Of a stretch of DNA of 64,000 bases, positions 60,163 to 64,000 are shown in pieces. Position numbers and translations under genes: made by a program. Within the stretch, counting starts at the first letter, position 1, and every line of letters starts with the position of its first letter. The DNA comes from Bacteroidota bacterium. GTDB lineage: Bacteria > Bacteroidota > Bacteroidia > Flavobacteriales > Flavobacteriaceae. The stretch lies in assembly GCA_039184805.1 (NCBI GenBank), contig JBCDAX010000008.1:35431-99430 (forward strand), written 5' to 3'. The notes beneath the pieces were generated by a model. The model was not told where the DNA came from. It saw only the letters and a program-made list of their open reading frames with translations, and made no database searches.

Positions 60163-62766
60163 TTACTTTACTAGCTCATTTTGATTTCTGAACACTAAGG
60201 TGTCATCAAATGAATCCAGTAGAACTATACTATCCGTTGTAATCCTACCCGCTAAAATCTCCTTTGAGAGATTGTTAAGCACCTCTTTTTGAATCAATCG
60301 TTTAACAGGTCTTGCCCCAAATTGTGGATCATATCCTTTTTGTGCCAAGTAATCTATGGCTTCCGAGGTAGCATCTAAAGTGATGTTCTGCTTGGAAACC
60401 AATCTCCTCAACTGATCTAGTTGAAGTCCAACAATCTCCTTAATATTGGATTTGCTTAAAGGTGTGAACATGATAATGTCATCAATCCTATTCAGGAATT
60501 CGGGCCGTATGGTTTTACGCAGTAGTCCCATAACTTCGACACGAGCTGCTTCCGTTGCATTTTCCAAATTGTCTTGAGCATCTTCAAACTTCTCCTGAAT
60601 AATATGACTTCCCATATTGCTGGTCATAATGATGATGGAGTTCTTGAAATCGGCAACTCTGCCTTTGTTGTCGGTTAACCTTCCTTCATCCAAAACCTGT
60701 AGGAGAATATTGAAAGTATCAGGATGCGCTTTTTCAATTTCATCCAAAAGCACAACGGAATACGGTTTTCTTCGAACCGCTTCAGTAAGCTGACCTCCTT
60801 CATCATATCCAACATATCCTGGAGGCGCGCCAACCAATCTACTTACCGAATGCCTTTCTTGGTATTCGCTCATATCAATTCGGGTCATAGCGTTTTCATC
60901 ATCAAAAAGATAAGAAGCCAGAGTTTTGGCCAACTCTGTTTTTCCAACCCCTGTTGTTCCCAAGAACAAGAAAGAACCGATAGGCTTTTTAGTGTCTTGC
61001 AATCCAGCCCGACTTCTTCGTATAGCATCGGAAACTGCCTCAATAGCTTCTTCTTGACCCACAACGCGCTTGTGAAGCACATTTTCAAGGTTCAATAATT
61101 TTTCACGTTCACTTTGCAACATTTTGGTCACAGGTATGCCCGTCCATTTGGCCACAACTTCTGCAATGTCCTCATTGGTTACTTCTTCCTTTATCAAAGT
61201 TCCCGCATTTTGTTGGTTTGCCAACTCCTCTTGAAGTTTTTCCAACCGCTCCTGGGATTCCTTGATTTTTCCATAACGCAGCTCAGCTACTTTACCATAA
61301 TCTCCATTACGCTCTGCCCGTTCAGCTTCGAGTTTGTAGTTTTCAATATCCTGTTTGGTTTTTTGAATATCGTCTACCACGGTCTTTTCGCTTTCCCACT
61401 GTGCAAATATCTCGTTGCGTTCTTCTTTTAAGTTGGCCAACTCCAGATTGAGACTTTGTAGTTTAGCGGAATCGTTCTCCCGCTTGATTGCTTCAATTTC
61501 AATCTCCAATTGCATAATCCTTCGGTCCAGCACATCCAACTCTTCCGGTTTGGAATTGATTTCCATCCTGAGTTTTGACGCAGCCTCATCAATAAGGTCA
61601 ATCGCCTTATCGGGCAAGAATCTGTTGGTGATATAGCGTTGCGATAACTCTACCGCCGATATAACCGCCTCATCTTTAATACGTACTTTATGGTGGGCCT
61701 CATATTTATCCTTTATCCCTCTTAAAATAGAGATAGCACTTTCTGTATCCGGTTCATCGACCAATACTTTTTGGAAACGGCGTTCCAAAGCCTTGTCCTT
61801 TTCAAAGTATTTCTGATACTCATCCAAGGTAGTGGCCCCTATGGCACGAAGTTCCCCTCTTGCTAGCGCGGGTTTTAGAATGTTGGCAGCATCCATGGCT
61901 CCTTGCCCGCCACCAGCACCTACCAGTGTGTGGATTTCATCAATGAACAATACAATATCCCCATCTGATGTGGTCACTTCTTTGATAACGGATTTTAACC
62001 GCTCCTCGAACTCACCCTTGTATTTCGCCCCTGCAATCAAAGCCCCCATATCCAAGGAGTAAATGATTTTATCCTTAAGGTTTTCAGGGACATCGCCTTG
62101 AACTATTCTATGCGCCAATCCTTCTGCAATGGCAGTTTTACCTACTCCAGGCTCTCCTACCAGCATAGGGTTGTTTTTGGTCCTTCGGGAAAGTATTTGC
62201 AATACACGACGAATTTCTTCATCCCTGCCGATTACCGGGTCCAATTTTCCATTATCGGCCAGCTGATTCAGATTGTTGGCGTATTTGTCCAAGGAGTTAT
62301 AGGTGTCCTCAGCACTTTGTGAGGTTACTTTTCCACCTTTGCGCAATTCCTGTATAGCTGCATTCAAGTCTTTCTCCGTAGCTCCCTGGTCCTTCAACAT
62401 CTGGGCCGCTTTGCTTTTGGATTTAAAGATGGCCAAGAGTAGGTGTTCTATCGATACATATTCGTCTCCCAAGTTTTTGGCTAAGTTGCTCGCCTCGGTC
62501 AAAGATTTTCCAGCTTCTCGGGACAACATAATATCCCCACCCGAAACCTTGGGGAGACTTTCCAGTTCTTTATCTAAAATTTGTTCTACCAAATTGGTGT
62601 TGACATTCAATTTCTTTAAAATGAACGGCAATACATTTTGGTCCACTTCCATGATAGCTTTGAACAGATGTTCATTTTCTATCTGCTGATGCCCATAGCC
62701 CTGCGCAATTTGTTGCGCTTGTTGTATGGCTTCTTGTGATTTTATTGTAAAATTGTTAAAGTTCAT
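60163..62766 (-). CDS. clpB: ATP-dependent chaperone ClpB
   Basis: Two AAA+ modules ([16 protein letters not shown]), long M-domain coiled coil, GAPPGYVGY. Confidence 0.98.
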   Translation of the reverse strand: MNFNNFTIKSQEAIQQAQQIAQGYGHQQIENEHLFKAIMEVDQNVLPFILKKLNVNTNLVEQILDKELESLPKVSGGDIMLSREAGKSLTEASNLAKNLGDEYVSIEHLLLAIFKSKSKAAQMLKDQGATEKDLNAAIQELRKGGKVTSQSAEDTYNSLDKYANNLNQLADNGKLDPVIGRDEEIRRVLQILSRRTKNNPMLVGEPGVGKTAIAEGLAHRIVQGDVPENLKDKIIYSLDMGALIAGAKYKGEFEERLKSVIKEVTTSDGDIVLFIDEIHTLVGAGGGQGAMDAANILKPALARGELRAIGATTLDEYQKYFEKDKALERRFQKVLVDEPDTESAISILRGIKDKYEAHHKVRIKDEAVISAVELSQRYITNRFLPDKAIDLIDEAASKLRMEINSKPEELDVLDRRIMQLEIEIEAIKRENDSAKLQSLNLELANLKEERNEIFAQWESEKTVVDDIQKTKQDIENYKLEAERAERNGDYGKVAELRYGKIKESQERLEKLQEELANQQNAGTLIKEEVTNEDIAEVVAKWTGIPVTKMLQSEREKLLNLENVLHKRVVGQEEAIEAVSDAIRRSRAGLQDTKKPIGSFLFLGTTGVGKTELAKTLASYLFDDENAMTRIDMSEYQERHSVSRLVGAPPGYVGYDEGGQLTEAVRRKPYSVVLLDEIEKAHPDTFNILLQVLDEGRLTDNKGRVADFKNSIIIMTSNMGSHIIQEKFEDAQDNLENATEAARVEVMGLLRKTIRPEFLNRIDDIIMFTPLSKSNIKEIVGLQLDQLRRLVSKQNITLDATSEAIDYLAQKGYDPQFGARPVKRLIQKEVLNNLSKEILAGRITTDSIVLLDSFDDTLVFRNQNELVK

Positions 62767-62818
62767 TTTTTAAGCTTTGGTTTGAAAAACGCAACAACCC
62801 TACCATCGCATTGAAACA

Positions 62819-62862
62819 GACAAAATGTCGCTAAACCCCTGAAAACAAAAGACATTTCGGCA
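62819..62862. promoter_or_regulatory. Paired GACA-NNN-TGTC-type inverted repeats upstream of clpB
   Basis: GACAAAATGTC 62819-62829 and GACATTTCGGCA 62851-62862. Confidence 0.45.
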
Positions 62863-62909
62863 GTTTGTAAGCTTTGAAATGCTTGCCGACCTATTAATAA
62901 ATATATTGT

Positions 62910-63299
62910 ATGGGAATTTTTGACAGTTTCTTCGGGAAGAAAGAAAATACTTCAAAGGAATCAAATGCTTTGGCATGGAATCCGTTGACTTCCATAGCAC
63001 AATTGGAAGAAATTGCGGAACAATCCAATGGAAAACCCCAACTCATTTTTAAGCATTCAACCACTTGCGGAATTAGTAGGATGGTGTTGAATATGTTTAC
63101 GGGGTCCTATAATTTAGGAGAATCCGCCGATTTACATTTTTTAGACTTACACGCCCATCGTAATGTATCTAATGAAGTGGCTTCAAGATTTGGAGTGATG
63201 CATCAATCTCCCCAGTTATTGATTGTGAAGGATGGGGATGTAAGCTTTCATACGTCCCATGGAAACATTGCCGATATTAATTTGAAGGATTACATATAA
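62910..63299 (+). CDS. ytxJ: YtxJ-like monothiol thioredoxin-fold protein (bacillithiol-system associated)
   Basis: IFKHSTTCGIS and HQSPQ signature motifs. Confidence 0.88.
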   Translation: MGIFDSFFGKKENTSKESNALAWNPLTSIAQLEEIAEQSNGKPQLIFKHSTTCGISRMVLNMFTGSYNLGESADLHFLDLHAHRNVSNEVASRFGVMHQSPQLLIVKDGDVSFHTSHGNIADINLKDYI

Positions 63300-63301
63300 A
63301 A

Positions 63302-63331
63302 AAGAAGCCCCGCAACTGCAGGGCTTTTTTA
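63302..63331. terminator. Bidirectional terminator between convergent genes
   Basis: AAAGAAGCCC-CGCAACTGCA-GGGCTTTTTT. Confidence 0.75.
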
Positions 63332-63332
63332 T

Positions 63333-64000
63333 TTAATCAAATTGATGTCTTCGTATAATATTTTTGAGTCGGGCCTTGAGGTCCTCACCTGCATCATAGA
63401 CCATTTGTTCATTTGATGGGAAGGGTACTGCTGCCAAATCCAATAAGGCTACTAAATCATTGTCCAAAGCTCTTCTATCTCCTTTATAGTTGGCATATAT
63501 GTGCTCAAAAATAAACTCGCTGGAAAGCGGGTAAGAATTGATTTCCTGACCGTTGGACAAATCAGTAATACTCACTTTGGCACCAATTTGGGCGCTTTTG
63601 AACTGGGTAAACTGATAAAAGTTACAAGTAACTGTTCTTAAACGGTCCACTTTTATTCGGTTTCCTAAACTATCCTTTACTGCATTACCATTATTGTCCA
63701 GCAGATATTCGTATCCATCCTTGATTTGCTTTTCACGAACAATTTGCTTTTCGTTTACTCGCTCAGGGGAGATATTTATTTCCCTAAAACCAAGGTTCAA
63801 AGCAAAATCATAATCCATGTTTGTCTGCGGTCTGGAATGGAACTTGGTCCAGAAATTATCTATTCCATAGGTGTTGAAATCCAATAACTCGGTTTCCAAT
63901 CGCTCTGGAATAATCTGTTGGGTCTCGTTATCAATTTGAACTTTTACATAATCCAATCCTTTTTGGTAGGCCTGGTCCATTTTCTGGACAGTTTGCCTAT
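63333..64000 (-). CDS. Hypothetical protein, 3' part (frame open to the right edge)
   Basis: Frame is open from 64000 (..RQTVQKMDQAY..); KDGYEYLLD.NGN..KDSLGN.IKVD resembles a conserved Bacteroidota lipoprotein family (recall). Confidence 0.7.
   Translation of the reverse strand, partial: RQTVQKMDQAYQKGLDYVKVQIDNETQQIIPERLETELLDFNTYGIDNFWTKFHSRPQTNMDYDFALNLGFREINISPERVNEKQIVREKQIKDGYEYLLDNNGNAVKDSLGNRIKVDRLRTVTCNFYQFTQFKSAQIGAKVSITDLSNGQEINSYPLSSEFIFEHIYANYKGDRRALDNDLVALLDLAAVPFPSNEQMVYDAGEDLKARLKNIIRRHQFD

Overview
Core-genome segment of a Bacteroidota (Flavobacteriaceae) chromosome, probably a marine Flagellimonas/Muricauda-like organism (inferred from protein families and TAnnTTTG promoters). 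It holds about 64 densely packed CDS. Most are housekeeping genes: icd, rplS, trmD, long-form GAPDH, degP, dapF/dapA, mltG, dnaA, ribD, prmC, ligA, bamD-rpoZ-coaBC-DUF4835-recN, fabI, coaE, an RprXY-like two-component system, miaA, smpB and clpB. A few genes look like accessory insertions (gntP, gntK, a GNAT + beta-barrel cassette, a surface Ig-like lipoprotein). I found no tRNA, rRNA, CRISPR array, transposase, integrase, phage or defence gene, and no clearly new multi-gene system that I can support. The best leads are: (1) yigZ split by one in-frame amber codon at its domain boundary; (2) an orphan hairpin in the 650-bp icd-rplS gap that suggests an unannotated RNA; (3) a recurring GTTAA direct-repeat / AAATGTTAAAT motif upstream of the TCS operon, degP and bamD, suggesting an envelope-stress regulon; (4) candidate operators at gapdh (LacI-type), clpB, the Ig-lipoprotein gene (LytTR-type) and dnaA; (5) an unannotated lytic-transglycosylase-like protein beside mltG whose leader has a hairpin and a dif-like half-site. 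Family names are from recall of sequence motifs; no database searches were run.
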